A stretch of 64,000 nt of DNA from Myxococcota bacterium (GTDB lineage: Bacteria > Myxococcota > B64-G9). The stretch covers positions 141,363 to 205,362 of the forward strand of contig JAKLGA010000013.1 in NCBI GenBank assembly GCA_022710975.1. The letters are read 5' to 3'. The notes beneath the pieces were generated by a model, which ran no database searches, had not been told where the DNA came from, and saw only the letters and a list, made by a program, of their open reading frames with translations. The position numbers and the translations under genes were made by a program. Shown in pieces: positions 17,952 through 28,066 of the stretch. Position 1 is the first letter of the stretch. Every line of letters starts with the position of its first letter.

Positions 17952-18842
17952 TCAGCGCGGGCGGGGCGGGGGCTCGTCCCGGCGGACGGCCACCTCGTCC
18001 AGCACGGCCTTGGCGGCCTGGGCGGCGGCCTCGTCGCCGGCCATGCGCGCCAGGCGCGCCAGGCGCTTGGCCATCACCGAGGCCTGGGTGAGATCTCCGG
18101 CCCCCAGGTAGGCCCGGGCGGACAGGCCGAGCGCCTGGAGGTCGTCCGACCGGGAGCGCAGCGTCTCCTGGAGCGCCTCCAGCGCCGGCTCCCAGGCCTG
18201 CCGGGCCAGCAGCCCCTCGGCCAGCAGCAGGTGGAGCTCGGCCGGGGCCTGGCCCGCGGCGATCAGGGCCTGGAGCGGCTCCACCAGGTCGCCCAGCTTG
18301 CCGGTCTTCTGCAGCGCGGGCCGGGCGGCCAGCAGCCGGGCGCTGGCCGCCGCGACCTCACCCCGCGCGAGCTGCAGGCGGGCGAGCTGCAGGCTCACCT
18401 CCGCGTCGTCCGGGGCCAGCTCCGCGGCCCGCTCCAGGCTGGCGAGCTGCTCGGTGTCGACGCCGGCGCGGGCGTACTCTCCGGCCAGCAGCACGAGCTG
18501 CCGGGCCGCCTCGCGCTCCTGGCCCTTGGCCAGCAGCGCGTCCACCAGCCGGGCGTGCAGCTCGGGCCGGTGGGGCTCGGACGTCAGGGCCTGCCGGAGC
18601 ACGGCCACGGCCCGGTCGAAGAAGCCCTCCTCCAGGTAGCCCTCGGCCGCCTGCAGGAAGCGCTCCACGGCCTTGGCCTGGTTGCCCTCCTTGGCCCACA
18701 GCTCACCCAGGCGGTGCAGGCTGCGGGTGTCCCCGGGCAGGGCCGCCAGCAGCTCCTCGAAGAGCTGGATGGCCTTCCGGGTCTGACCCTTCTGGGCGGC
18801 GTCGGCGGCCTTCTGCTTGAGCTCGTGGATCTTGTCGCCCAT
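17952..18842 (-). CDS. TPR-repeat protein
   Basis: 296 aa from MGDKIHELKQ. Helical TPR-like repeats with A/L/E/R-rich 34-aa periodicity. Confidence 0.6.
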   Translation of the reverse strand: MGDKIHELKQKAADAAQKGQTRKAIQLFEELLAALPGDTRSLHRLGELWAKEGNQAKAVERFLQAAEGYLEEGFFDRAVAVLRQALTSEPHRPELHARLVDALLAKGQEREAARQLVLLAGEYARAGVDTEQLASLERAAELAPDDAEVSLQLARLQLARGEVAAASARLLAARPALQKTGKLGDLVEPLQALIAAGQAPAELHLLLAEGLLARQAWEPALEALQETLRSRSDDLQALGLSARAYLGAGDLTQASVMAKRLARLARMAGDEAAAQAAKAVLDEVAVRRDEPPPRPR

Positions 18843-18916
18843 GGCCGGGAGGTCCTCCCAGGGTTCAGCCCATGATAGCCCACATGCCCCGCCCGGTCGC
18901 CAGTTTCGAGGCGCGC

Positions 18917-20314
18917 TCAGCCCTGCGCCGCGCGGCGGACGTCGCGCACGCGGACGGGCAGCAGCACGAAGCGCGCCGCGCCCAGCGCGAGCAGCGCGAG
19001 CGCCAGCCAGGCGGCCAGCTCGGTCACCCCGGCGGCCAGCGGGTGGCCGGGCCGCAGGATGTCGAGCTGGCTGGTCAGGATCGTCTCGCAGGCGCCCATG
19101 GCCACGTCGTCCCGGGTGGTGCTGGAGACCCACTCGAAACGCCGCTTGTCGAACATCCCCGCGGAGCCGAGCAGCCGGGCGTGGATGGCCACGAGCTGCC
19201 CCCTCACGCGGATCTGGTCCCCGGGCAGGATCTCGTCCAGGCGGTCCTGCAGGCTGCCGTCGCGCAGGAAGATGTGGTTGTTCGACAGCGCGGTGCCCAG
19301 GATGGGCAGGCCGCAGGACTGGGTGTAGCAGACCCGGCCGTGGATCTCGAACTCCGCGGACGGGTGGCTGTAGGCGCCGCTGGTCAGGTTCGGCCCCCAC
19401 AGCACGCACAGGTCCGCCGGGAAGGCGTCGTCCTCCGCCTCGTCCTCGGTCCAGAAGGAGGTGTGGTCCCGCTTGGCGACCACCAGCCCGGCCAGGTCGT
19501 AGTCGGCCAGCGGGGTGACGTCGAAGCGGTAGCCGCTGTACTCGAAGCTGAAGGGCACGGGCCGCTCCACGGCCACCTGGCGCGGCTCGCGCAGCACCTC
19601 GGGGTGGAGCTCGGTCACGGTCTTGTAGTCGTCCCGCCGGCCCCAGGCGGCGGCCAGCGCCACCAGGGTGAGCAGCAGCGCCCCCGCGTACAGCCTGGAG
19701 ATCCAGCGCCAGCGCGGGGAGCCCACCGGGCCCAGGCGGGCGTTCAGCGCCAGGCCAAGGCGGGCCAGCGCGCCCGCCCCCCCGAAGTCCTGCAGGGCCT
19801 CGAGCGGCGCGGCCCGGTGCTCGGCCGCGGCGGCCTCGCAGGCCGGGCGGTGCACCTCCACCAGGCTCGCTTCCAGGTGGGGCAGCAGCTCCGAGCTGGG
19901 CACGCTCTCCCCCTGGGAGAGCCGCGCGCGGATGCCGGCCGCCCGGGGGTGCTCCGGGTGCGCGGGCCAGCGCTCCAGGAAGAAGTCGAGCAGCGCCAGG
20001 CCCGGTTCGGGGCGCCCGGCCGGGCCGAGCAGCAGGGCCGCCGCGCGCAGCACGCTGCCCGCGGCCTCCGGCGCGGCCAGATCGGCCTCGGCCGCCATGC
20101 GGAACACGCGCGCGGCGTCCAGGTAGTGGCCCCGGCCCTCCAGCAGCTCGGCCAGCTCACGCGCGAGCTGGGGCTCCAGATCGGGCTTCTGGCCGCCGGC
20201 CTCGAGCAGCCGCCAGGCGCCCAGCGCCCGCTCGACGTCGCCGCCGGCCACGGCCTCCCACAGCGCCTTCCTGGGGTCGTCGATGGTGTCGAGCTCGAGC
20301 GCCATGCCGGCCAT
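18917..20314 (-). CDS. Hypothetical membrane protein (two TM segments) probably co-transcribed with the TPR gene
   Basis: 466 aa from MAGMALELD. Soluble N-region, TM WISRLYAGALLLTLVALAAAW, about 200-aa periplasmic domain with conserved Cys pairs, C-terminal TM ELAAWLALALLALGAARFVLL. Confidence 0.5.
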   Translation of the reverse strand: MAGMALELDTIDDPRKALWEAVAGGDVERALGAWRLLEAGGQKPDLEPQLARELAELLEGRGHYLDAARVFRMAAEADLAAPEAAGSVLRAAALLLGPAGRPEPGLALLDFFLERWPAHPEHPRAAGIRARLSQGESVPSSELLPHLEASLVEVHRPACEAAAAEHRAAPLEALQDFGGAGALARLGLALNARLGPVGSPRWRWISRLYAGALLLTLVALAAAWGRRDDYKTVTELHPEVLREPRQVAVERPVPFSFEYSGYRFDVTPLADYDLAGLVVAKRDHTSFWTEDEAEDDAFPADLCVLWGPNLTSGAYSHPSAEFEIHGRVCYTQSCGLPILGTALSNNHIFLRDGSLQDRLDEILPGDQIRVRGQLVAIHARLLGSAGMFDKRRFEWVSSTTRDDVAMGACETILTSQLDILRPGHPLAAGVTELAAWLALALLALGAARFVLLPVRVRDVRRAAQG

Positions 20315-20392
20315 GCTACCAACTGCGGGTGGTCCATGGCCAGCCCCAGAACCTCCAGGGGGTGCTTTTCTCCGGCCCGGGGGTTGGGTATC

Positions 20393-21277
20393 ATGGCGCC
20401 CATGAAACGCCGCTCGACCTGGGGTCTGCTGGTGCTCGGGGTGGTGAGCGCGTCCGCCGGGGTGGCCCTGGCGGCGGGCGAGGAGCTGGCCGCGCTGCGC
20501 CGGGCCGCGCTGGAGGCCAGGGAGCGGGACGCCGCGGCCCAGGCCCTCCAGCGCCTGCTCGCGGGCCGGGCGGCCAACCTGGTGGACGACCCGGAGCTGG
20601 CCATCGCGTTGCCCGCCCGCTGGCTGGCCCAGCGCAGGGTGGCCGAGCCCTCCACGGGCGCCCTCGAGCCGGGCAGCCTGGCGGGCCTGGTGAGCCTGCT
20701 CCAGGCGCGCCTGCCCGCGCCCCCGCCGGCCTGGTGGTGCGACGCGCTGGCCGCGGGCCGGGTGCGGGCCGGGGAGCACACCTCCTTCCCGCCGGCTCCG
20801 GCCGGGGCGTACGAGGCCACGGCCAGCGGGGTGCGCGTGGCGTCCGGGCTCAGCCTGGCCGCGGACGGTGATCGGCTGACCCTGGCGGGCGAGGAGGGTT
20901 GCGTTACCGTGGCGCGCGCGCTCGTGGCCGAGGGCGGGGCGCTGCCCGATCAGCTCGTGGCGCGCTTCGCCTCCGACGCGGTCTACCTGGCGCCGCACCC
21001 CGCGGCCGGCTTCCCCTTCCGGCTGCTGCGGGTCGACCCCGACACGGGCACGCTGGCCTGGTCGGCCGAGGTGTGGGCGGCTGGCCGGGACGCGCTGGGC
21101 GGCCTGGGCTTCCACCGGGTCGAGCTGGTGGCGGCCGGCGGGCAGGTGCTGGTCTTCGGGCTCGAGAGCCACGGCGCCTACCTGGAGGTCTTCGACGCGC
21201 GCACGGGCGCGCCGCGGCTGCGCTTCTGCACCGCCTTCTGGTCCCACTTCCCCGAAGCCTGGAGTCAGGTCCCATGA
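20393..21277 (+). CDS. Hypothetical secreted protein, translationally coupled to the guaA-like gene
   Basis: Signal MAPMKRRSTWGLLVLGVVSASAGVALAAG. Its stop TGA overlaps the ATG of the next gene (ATGA at 21274-21277). Confidence 0.5.
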   Translation: MAPMKRRSTWGLLVLGVVSASAGVALAAGEELAALRRAALEARERDAAAQALQRLLAGRAANLVDDPELAIALPARWLAQRRVAEPSTGALEPGSLAGLVSLLQARLPAPPPAWWCDALAAGRVRAGEHTSFPPAPAGAYEATASGVRVASGLSLAADGDRLTLAGEEGCVTVARALVAEGGALPDQLVARFASDAVYLAPHPAAGFPFRLLRVDPDTGTLAWSAEVWAAGRDALGGLGFHRVELVAAGGQVLVFGLESHGAYLEVFDARTGAPRLRFCTAFWSHFPEAWSQVP

Positions 21278-23121
21278 GCGCGCCAGAGCAGCCGGGCCCG
21301 GGCGGACACGACGCCATCGCGGTGGTCGACTTCGGCGGCCAGTACGCCCACCTGATCGCCACCAAGGTGCGCCGGCAGCGGGTGCTGGCCGAGGTGCGCC
21401 AGCCCGAGGACCCGACCGCCGCCTTCCGCGGCTACCGGGGCATCATCATCTCCGGCAGCCCCTCGCTGTCCTCCCACGGCGAGGACTCCGCCTACAACAA
21501 GGAGATCTTCGAGCTGCCCGTGCCCATCCTGGGCTTCTGCTTCGGGCACCAGGAGATCGCCAAGCGCTACGGCGGCCGGGTGATCCACGGTGGCCGCGAG
21601 TGGGGTCCGGTGGACTTCCGCCGCAGCCGGCCGCACCCGCTGTTCGCGGGGCTGGCCGAGAGCGAGCGGGTGTGGATGAGCCACTTCGACTCGGTGGTCG
21701 AGGTGGGTCCGGGCTTCGAGGAGCTCGGCACCAGCCGGCTCGGGGACGGCGAGGTGCACCGCTTCGCCGCGCTGGGCTCGGACACGCTGCGGCGCTACGG
21801 CCTCCAGTTCCACCCCGAGGTGGACGACACGCTGCACGGCGACCAGATGATCGCCAACTTCGTGCTCGGCATCTGCGGCTGCCGGCCGTCCTGGACCATG
21901 GCGCGCTACCTGGAGGAGCAGCTCGACGCCATCCGCGCCCGGGCCGCGGGCCAGAGCGTGTTCCTGTTGGCCTCGGGCGGGGTGGACTCCACGGTGGCCG
22001 CCCTGCTGCTCGGCCGGGCGCTGGGGGAGGAGCGGCTACACCTGCTGCACATCGACAACGGCCTGATGCGCCAGGGCGAGAGCCAGCAGGTGCTCGCGCT
22101 GCTCCGCGGCCTGGGGCTGGGGCGCCACCTGCACTTCGTGGACGCCGGCGACGAGTTCCTGGCCGCGCTGGCCGGGCTGGTCGAGCCCGAGCAGAAGCGC
22201 TGGGCCATCGGCGACACCTTCGTGCGGGTGTTCCAGCGCGAGGCCGAGCGGATGGGGCTGGCCGGGCACCTGCTGGGTCAGGGCACCATCTACCCCGACA
22301 CCATCGAGACCGGCGGCACCCGCCGCGCGGACACCATCAAGACCCACCACAACCGGGTGCCGATCATCGAGGAGATGATCGCCCGCGGGCGGGTGATCGA
22401 GCCCCTGGCGGAGCTGTACAAGGTCGAGGTGCGGGAGCTGGGCGAGAGCCTGGGCATCCCCCGCGAGGTGGTCTGGCGCCACCCCTTCCCCGGACCGGGG
22501 CTGGGCGTGCGGGCGCTGTGCGCGGACGGCGCGGCCCCGGCGCCGGGCGAGCTCGAGCGCCTGTCCGCGGAGGCCGGGGCCATCGCCCGGCCGCGCGGGC
22601 TCGAGGCCCTCGGGCTGCCGGTGCGCTCGGTGGGCGTCAAGGCGGATCTGCGCTCCTACGAGCGCCCGGTGCTGCTGTCGGGCGCGGCCCCCTTCGAGCG
22701 GCTGCTGGAGGTGGCCGGCGAGATCTACCAGCGGGTGGCCGGGGTGAACCGCTGCGCGCTGTGGCTGGGCGGGGCGCCGCCCCGCTCGGCCAGGCCGCTC
22801 CAGGCGACCCTGACCCGCGAGCGGCTGGAGCTGCTGCGGGAGGCGGACGCGGTGGTCATGCAGGGGCTCCGGCGGCACGGGGTCCACGACCAGGTGTGGC
22901 AGTGCCCCACGGTGCTGGTGCCGCTCGAGCTCGACGGCTGCGGCCGGGAGCTGGTGGTCGTGCGCCCGGTGCTGTCCGAGCGCGCCATGACCGCCCGGCC
23001 GGCCGAGCTGCCCGCGGCGCTCCTGGACGAGCTCGGCGAGCGGCTGCTGCCGCTGCCGGGCGTCTCGGGCCTGGCGCTCGACCTCACCACCAAGCCCCCC
23101 GGGACGATCGAGTGGGAGTAG
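21274..23121 (+). CDS. guaA: GMP synthase (glutamine-hydrolysing)-like protein, unusually long (615 aa)
   Basis: GATase motif ILGFCFGHQ, ATP-PPase P-loop SGGVDSTV, C-terminal KPPGTIEWE signature of GuaA. About 90 aa longer than canonical GuaA. No guaB nearby. Confidence 0.75.
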   Translation: MSAPEQPGPGGHDAIAVVDFGGQYAHLIATKVRRQRVLAEVRQPEDPTAAFRGYRGIIISGSPSLSSHGEDSAYNKEIFELPVPILGFCFGHQEIAKRYGGRVIHGGREWGPVDFRRSRPHPLFAGLAESERVWMSHFDSVVEVGPGFEELGTSRLGDGEVHRFAALGSDTLRRYGLQFHPEVDDTLHGDQMIANFVLGICGCRPSWTMARYLEEQLDAIRARAAGQSVFLLASGGVDSTVAALLLGRALGEERLHLLHIDNGLMRQGESQQVLALLRGLGLGRHLHFVDAGDEFLAALAGLVEPEQKRWAIGDTFVRVFQREAERMGLAGHLLGQGTIYPDTIETGGTRRADTIKTHHNRVPIIEEMIARGRVIEPLAELYKVEVRELGESLGIPREVVWRHPFPGPGLGVRALCADGAAPAPGELERLSAEAGAIARPRGLEALGLPVRSVGVKADLRSYERPVLLSGAAPFERLLEVAGEIYQRVAGVNRCALWLGGAPPRSARPLQATLTRERLELLREADAVVMQGLRRHGVHDQVWQCPTVLVPLELDGCGRELVVVRPVLSERAMTARPAELPAALLDELGERLLPLPGVSGLALDLTTKPPGTIEWE

Positions 23122-23143
23122 GGGCGGTCCGCGACCCGGCCTG

Positions 23144-24076
23144 TCAGCGCGGCCCGCGCAGCTGGAAGGACAGGGCCAGGCCGAGCAGCAGGCGCACCTC
23201 CTCCTCCGCCTCGCGCCCGCCCGGCCCGGCCGGGCGGTGGGTCCAGCCCGCCTCGGCCACCAGGGCGAGCGGCTGATCGTCGAGCGCGACGAGCACGCGC
23301 TCGACCCGCGCGCGGGCCTCGGCCCCCACGTCCCAGCCTGGCCCGGGGCTCCAGTGCGGGAAGGCGTCCGCCAGGACCTCCAGGGCGGTCAGGCCCGGCT
23401 CGTCCTGCCAGCGGAAACGCGCCCAGGCCGCGGTGAACGGCGCCAGGCGGTGGCGGGCCTGCGCGTCGGCGAGCCCAGGCTGCCCGGTCAGCTCCACGTC
23501 GTAACGCACCCCGAGCACAAGGCGCAGATCGTTCCCGGGCCGGCCCGCGCGCCAGGGATCCAGCGCCACCCCGGCCCGGGCCACCCCCACCTCCAGCCGC
23601 TCTAGTCCCTCCTCCAGGGGGCGGAGCTGGAGGCGACCCAGCTCGCACTCCACCCCGATGTCGAAGGGGAAGAACACCCGGCGCGGCGGAGAGCCCGGCA
23701 GCGTCAGGCTGGGCTCGGCGCTGTGGCGCATGAACCCGCCGGCGTAGGCCGTGGCGTCGAGCGCGGGCGCACCGCCCGCGGCGGGCTGGAGCGGCCGGAG
23801 CCGGGTCCAGGCGAAGCGGTGCTCGAGCGTCCAGGACACACCCTCCGCGCCCTCGCCCGCGGGCTCGACCGTCCGGTAGGCCACCCCCAGCTCGAGCTCC
23901 AGCGCGCCCTCGAAGGCGCCCGCGTGCTCCGCCCCGCCGAGCACCCCCAAGCGCACCACGCTGGCCGGATCGAAGGCCACCCGCAGGCTGCGGCCGCGCT
24001 CGTCCACGGCCACGTCGCCGGCCCGGGCGGGCGAGCCCAGCGCGAGGAGCAGCAGGCAGGGCAGGAGCTTGCGCAT
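23144..24076 (-). CDS. Secreted hypothetical protein (tandem paralog 1, beta-rich)
   Basis: Signal MRKLLPCLLLLALGSPARA. Shares the C-terminal ...LALDDQPLALVAEAGWTHRPAGPG block with the upstream gene. Confidence 0.5.
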   Translation of the reverse strand: MRKLLPCLLLLALGSPARAGDVAVDERGRSLRVAFDPASVVRLGVLGGAEHAGAFEGALELELGVAYRTVEPAGEGAEGVSWTLEHRFAWTRLRPLQPAAGGAPALDATAYAGGFMRHSAEPSLTLPGSPPRRVFFPFDIGVECELGRLQLRPLEEGLERLEVGVARAGVALDPWRAGRPGNDLRLVLGVRYDVELTGQPGLADAQARHRLAPFTAAWARFRWQDEPGLTALEVLADAFPHWSPGPGWDVGAEARARVERVLVALDDQPLALVAEAGWTHRPAGPGGREAEEEVRLLLGLALSFQLRGPR

Positions 24077-24099
24077 GACCGCGGGCCTCCGCTCGCCAT

Positions 24100-25308
24100 T
24101 CAGTCGGCGCGGGCCGGGGGCAGGGGCTCGAGCACCCGGGCCGGCGCCCAGAAGGAGAAGCGCAGGCCCACCCCGGCCGTGAGGTCCCAGCGCGAGACCC
24201 CAGGGCCCAGGTCGTCGCGCCAGGAGCCCGCCGCCTCGACCCGCAGGCTCAGGGGCTGATCGTTGAGGGCCAGGACGATCAGCTCGTAGGCGGCGCTGGC
24301 CGTGGCCCGGGTGTGGGTGGCGCCGAGCGCCGGTTCCTGGAGCCACACCGGCATCTGCCAGGCCAGCCTGGACTCCAGCAGGTGGTGGCCGGCCGGGTCG
24401 AGGCCGAAGCGGCCCTCCAGGGCCACCCCGGGCACGAGCGCCCAGCGCTCCCGGCCCGCCGGCCCGAGCTCGAACAGGGCGGCGGCCCCCAGCCCGGTCT
24501 CCAGGCGCACGTGGCTCCACAGGTCGGCCGACTGCCACAGGTCCCAGGAGGCGTGCAGCTCGACCACCTCGAGGTCCAGCGCCTCGGCCCGGTGCGGGCG
24601 GTAGCCCACCCCGAGCAGCCGCAGGCCCCAGCCGAGATCCAGGTACAGATCGTGGCGCGCGGGCGGGCCGAAGAAGGTGGTCAGGCGCAGGAACGGCTCG
24701 TCGGCGGACCGGTCCAGATCGTAGGCGAACAGCAGCCCGCGCGAGGTGAGATCCAGGATGGCCACCTGGCCCTCCAGCGCCCGCAGGGTGTGGCGCGAGC
24801 GCTCGGAGGCCTCCAGCCAGCTGGCCACGAGCGCCATCTCGAAGCGCGCCCGCCCGAGCGACAGGCGCTGCGGATCGAAGCCGAAGGCCGGGGACCACTG
24901 GGCGCCGAGCTGGAAGCGCTGCAGCAGGTCGAAGGTCACCTGGAACACCCGGCCCTGGAGGTCGCGGTGCCAGCCCGGCGGCGCCTCTGCCAGCGCCGGG
25001 GCGAGCGTCGCGCCCTGGGCGTGCAGGCGCTCCCAGCCCTCGCGGCCCTGGCTCTCGCAGTACTGCACGCGCTGCAGGGGTCCCCCGTCGCCGGTCGCAT
25101 CGGGGGCCAGCAGGCAGCGGGGGGTGAGGCCCTCGGGCGCCTGGGCGCACTGCACCCTCCAGCGCTTGCCGGCCGGATCCTCCACGCACAGCACGGGCTG
25201 GTCCCAGTCGAGCCGCTGGAGATCCTGGCCGGGCTCCGCCCCTGCCCGGGCCCCTGCGCCGCAGAGGCACACGAATCCAATGGCGCCCCACGCGAGCGTC
25301 CTGGCCAT
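24100..25308 (-). CDS. Secreted hypothetical protein (tandem paralog 2)
   Basis: Signal MARTLAWGAIGFVCLCGAGARAGA. C-terminal ...LALNDQPLSLRVEAAGSWRDDLGPG is similar to paralog 1. 23-bp gap to the next gene suggests an operon. Confidence 0.5.
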   Translation of the reverse strand: MARTLAWGAIGFVCLCGAGARAGAEPGQDLQRLDWDQPVLCVEDPAGKRWRVQCAQAPEGLTPRCLLAPDATGDGGPLQRVQYCESQGREGWERLHAQGATLAPALAEAPPGWHRDLQGRVFQVTFDLLQRFQLGAQWSPAFGFDPQRLSLGRARFEMALVASWLEASERSRHTLRALEGQVAILDLTSRGLLFAYDLDRSADEPFLRLTTFFGPPARHDLYLDLGWGLRLLGVGYRPHRAEALDLEVVELHASWDLWQSADLWSHVRLETGLGAAALFELGPAGRERWALVPGVALEGRFGLDPAGHHLLESRLAWQMPVWLQEPALGATHTRATASAAYELIVLALNDQPLSLRVEAAGSWRDDLGPGVSRWDLTAGVGLRFSFWAPARVLEPLPPARAD

Positions 25309-25532
25309 GGCCCACCTCCTTGTTCCTCGCGCCTTCTGGCGTGAGCAAGGCCCGTGCCGCGCTGCGCCGTGACGGACGAGAAGTCAGAAAAGGAAGGATT
25401 TTCTTCGAGGGTGGGGAGGGGTGGGAGTTGGCGCACTGCGTAGCGAGCGACGCGGCGGGTGGGTAGGCCGCGTGGCGATCCCACCTGCAGCGGGCGGGCC
25501 GTCGTGCGGTGGCGGCTGCGGGCCGGTCCGGC

Positions 25533-27863
25533 TCAGCGCGGGGTGATGGTGCCCGACGGCCAGTCGATGTCGCACACGTACCAGTCGGAGTCCTCACCCG
25601 AGGTGGAGTGGGTGAAGGTCTGCATGAGCGCGCCGTTGATGTACACGTTCACCGTGACGCCGTTCGAGGCGTAGTTCTCCGAGCCCGGGTAGTCGTGCAC
25701 GAACACCGTGTACCGGCCCGAGGCCGGCACCGGGATGTTGATGTTCTCCGGCCCGTCGCCCGGGATGTCGTCGAGGTCGAGGCGCGGGTTGTCCGCGGCC
25801 ACCCCGGCCTGGCCCCATTCGAGCGTCCCGAAGGGGGTGGGCACACAGTTGGCGTAGTAGCAGTCGGAGCGGGTGCGGGGGATGCCGTTGGGCGCCAGCA
25901 GGTGCAGATCCATGTCGTCGTTGGTGAGCGTCCAGTACATCTCGATCCACAGCTCCTGGCTGGGGGCCACGTTGACCTGGGCGTAGCAGATCTGGCTCTG
26001 CTGGCCGATGTCGTTGACCACGACCAGGCTGGCGATGTAGTCGCCGGCCAGATCCACGCTGGTGGTGCGGTTCGGGCCCGTGCCCAGGAGGCGCGCGGCC
26101 GAGCCCGGCGGGAAGGCGAAGATGTTCCAGCGGTACTCGGTGATGGTGCGGGCGGGCGAGGTGTCGTAGGAGCGCGAGCCGTCCCACACCACGTTGTCGA
26201 AGGGCAGGGCCTGGGCCGGGCTGCCCGAGCAGACCGCGATGGGCCCATCGCCGTCGGGCCGGGCGAACCCGTTGATGTCAACCCGCGTCTCGTCCCCGTC
26301 CTTGTCGTTGGCGAAGATGCTGAGCGTGCCCACGTCCTGGCCGAGGTCGGTCGGGTGGTACGAGATCTTGACCGGGGTCGGGGAGGCGTCGGCGGGCTGC
26401 AGGCTGAGCGGCATGGCCGGGGCCGACACCAGGCCGAACTCCTGGGCCGCGGAGTTCACGCTGAGCTCCACCCGGTCGATGACGCAGGTGTCGCTGCCCA
26501 CGTTGGAGATGATGAGGTCGGTCTCGTTGCTGCTGTCGATCGGCACCACCCCGAAACTCACCGCGAAGGGGGTCACCTGGATGTCGCAGGCCGCGTCCAC
26601 GGCCCGGCCCAGCAGCACCACGGTGCCGCTCAGGCCGGTCACGGGGTCCGAGGACTGGTCGTTGGAGTAGATCTCCACGCCGCCGCGGTCCGAGCCCGGC
26701 CCCTGGGGCGCGTACTGCACCTGGACCTGCACCACGGCCTCCGGGGCGAGGTCGGAGGGCAGGGCCGGCAGGCTGATCAGGCTGAAGTCCGGGCTGGTGC
26801 CCGCGGCGGGCCGCACGTCATCCAGGTGCAGGGCCTCCAGGCCGCAGGAGCGCAGATCGATGGGCAGGGTCACCACCTCGCCCACCCGCAGGGCGCCGAA
26901 GTCCAGCACCGCGGGCTCGGGGCACACGCGCGGGGCCACCCCACGGCCGAGCACCGGGAACTCGATCTCGGGCTCGCTCACGTCGGTGGTGCTGACGCGC
27001 AGGCTGTCGCGGAACTCGCCGCCCCAGGGCGGGGCGAACTGGACGGTCACGTCGAAGGACGCGCCCACCGCCAGCTCGAACGGGAACAGGGTCGCGCCCA
27101 GGTCCACCTGCATGCCCGTGCCCTGGCGGATGACCAGGGCCACCTCGTAGGCGGTCAGCGCCTTCTGGCCCAGGTTGCGCACGGTCACCCGGCGGGACTT
27201 CTGCTGGTCCATCTCCACGTCGCCGAAGTCGAGGATGAACTGGTCCTTCTCCACCTGGTCGTTGCACATGTCCTCGACGCCCTGGCAGGCGGGCTCCCCG
27301 TCCCCGCCCGTGCAGGCCTGGAAGCACACCTGGACCTCGGGCGTCACCCCCTCGCCCGTCACGTTCACCGTGAGCTGGGTGTGCAGGGCGGTGTTGAACA
27401 GCAGCACGAAGCTGGCCTGGTCGCCGCCCGGCTCGCCCGGGGCGTAGGCCACGTCCAGGATGAGGTCCCGGCCCGGGCCCACGCTCAGCGTCTCGCTGAG
27501 GGTGTAGGGGCAGTCGGGCTTCATGCTGCCGCCGTCCAGGCAGGAGATCATCACGTCCCCGCTGTTGGCGGGGTCGGGCGTCACCCCGGCCAGCTGCAGG
27601 TCGCCCTGGCCCTCGTTGCGCACCAGGAGGTAGCGGTGGGCCATGGTGCCCACGTCCACCGTCCCGAAGGGCACCGGGATGGCGTCGCCCTCGGGGATGG
27701 GCTGGTAGAGCTCGAGGGCCGGCGGCTCCGGCTGGGTGCCGACGAAGTAGCGCTCGATCAGCGGCGAGGTGAGCCCGAACTGCGAGTCGTCGCAGTCGCA
27801 GGCGTTCGTCGCCAGCAGGAGCAGGAGGCCCGAGAGTGCAACCACGGTCCGGGTCAGCCGCAT
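25533..27863 (-). CDS. Large surface lipoprotein with multiple Ig-like beta-sandwich repeats
   Basis: ATG preceded by GGAGG. Signal MRLTRTVVALSGLLLLLATNAC. Repeated LDFG.V.VG... segments (choice-of-anchor-D / ASH-like). 776 aa. Confidence 0.65.
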   Translation of the reverse strand: MRLTRTVVALSGLLLLLATNACDCDDSQFGLTSPLIERYFVGTQPEPPALELYQPIPEGDAIPVPFGTVDVGTMAHRYLLVRNEGQGDLQLAGVTPDPANSGDVMISCLDGGSMKPDCPYTLSETLSVGPGRDLILDVAYAPGEPGGDQASFVLLFNTALHTQLTVNVTGEGVTPEVQVCFQACTGGDGEPACQGVEDMCNDQVEKDQFILDFGDVEMDQQKSRRVTVRNLGQKALTAYEVALVIRQGTGMQVDLGATLFPFELAVGASFDVTVQFAPPWGGEFRDSLRVSTTDVSEPEIEFPVLGRGVAPRVCPEPAVLDFGALRVGEVVTLPIDLRSCGLEALHLDDVRPAAGTSPDFSLISLPALPSDLAPEAVVQVQVQYAPQGPGSDRGGVEIYSNDQSSDPVTGLSGTVVLLGRAVDAACDIQVTPFAVSFGVVPIDSSNETDLIISNVGSDTCVIDRVELSVNSAAQEFGLVSAPAMPLSLQPADASPTPVKISYHPTDLGQDVGTLSIFANDKDGDETRVDINGFARPDGDGPIAVCSGSPAQALPFDNVVWDGSRSYDTSPARTITEYRWNIFAFPPGSAARLLGTGPNRTTSVDLAGDYIASLVVVNDIGQQSQICYAQVNVAPSQELWIEMYWTLTNDDMDLHLLAPNGIPRTRSDCYYANCVPTPFGTLEWGQAGVAADNPRLDLDDIPGDGPENINIPVPASGRYTVFVHDYPGSENYASNGVTVNVYINGALMQTFTHSTSGEDSDWYVCDIDWPSGTITPR

Positions 27864-28066
27864 GGGAACCTCCGCGGAATGGACCACGCCCTGGACACGC
27901 TGTGTGGATCTCGAATGCTCGCCCGTCCTTCGCTGTCACACTCTAGCATCGCTGTCAATAGTGTGCCAGGGATCACAAACCCGATTCCGCCTACTTTGTG
28001 GGACGTTGTGCCACCTTGGGTGATGTGTGACATCCTGGCCCGGTGGAGACTCGACCGCGAGGAGGG

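Noticed and set aside
20329-20871. 180-aa plus ORF and 358-aa minus ORF (19744..20820)
   Set aside because: Both are G/R/A/P-rich alternative frames around the membrane-protein and secreted-protein junction. The called genes have signal or TM features instead.
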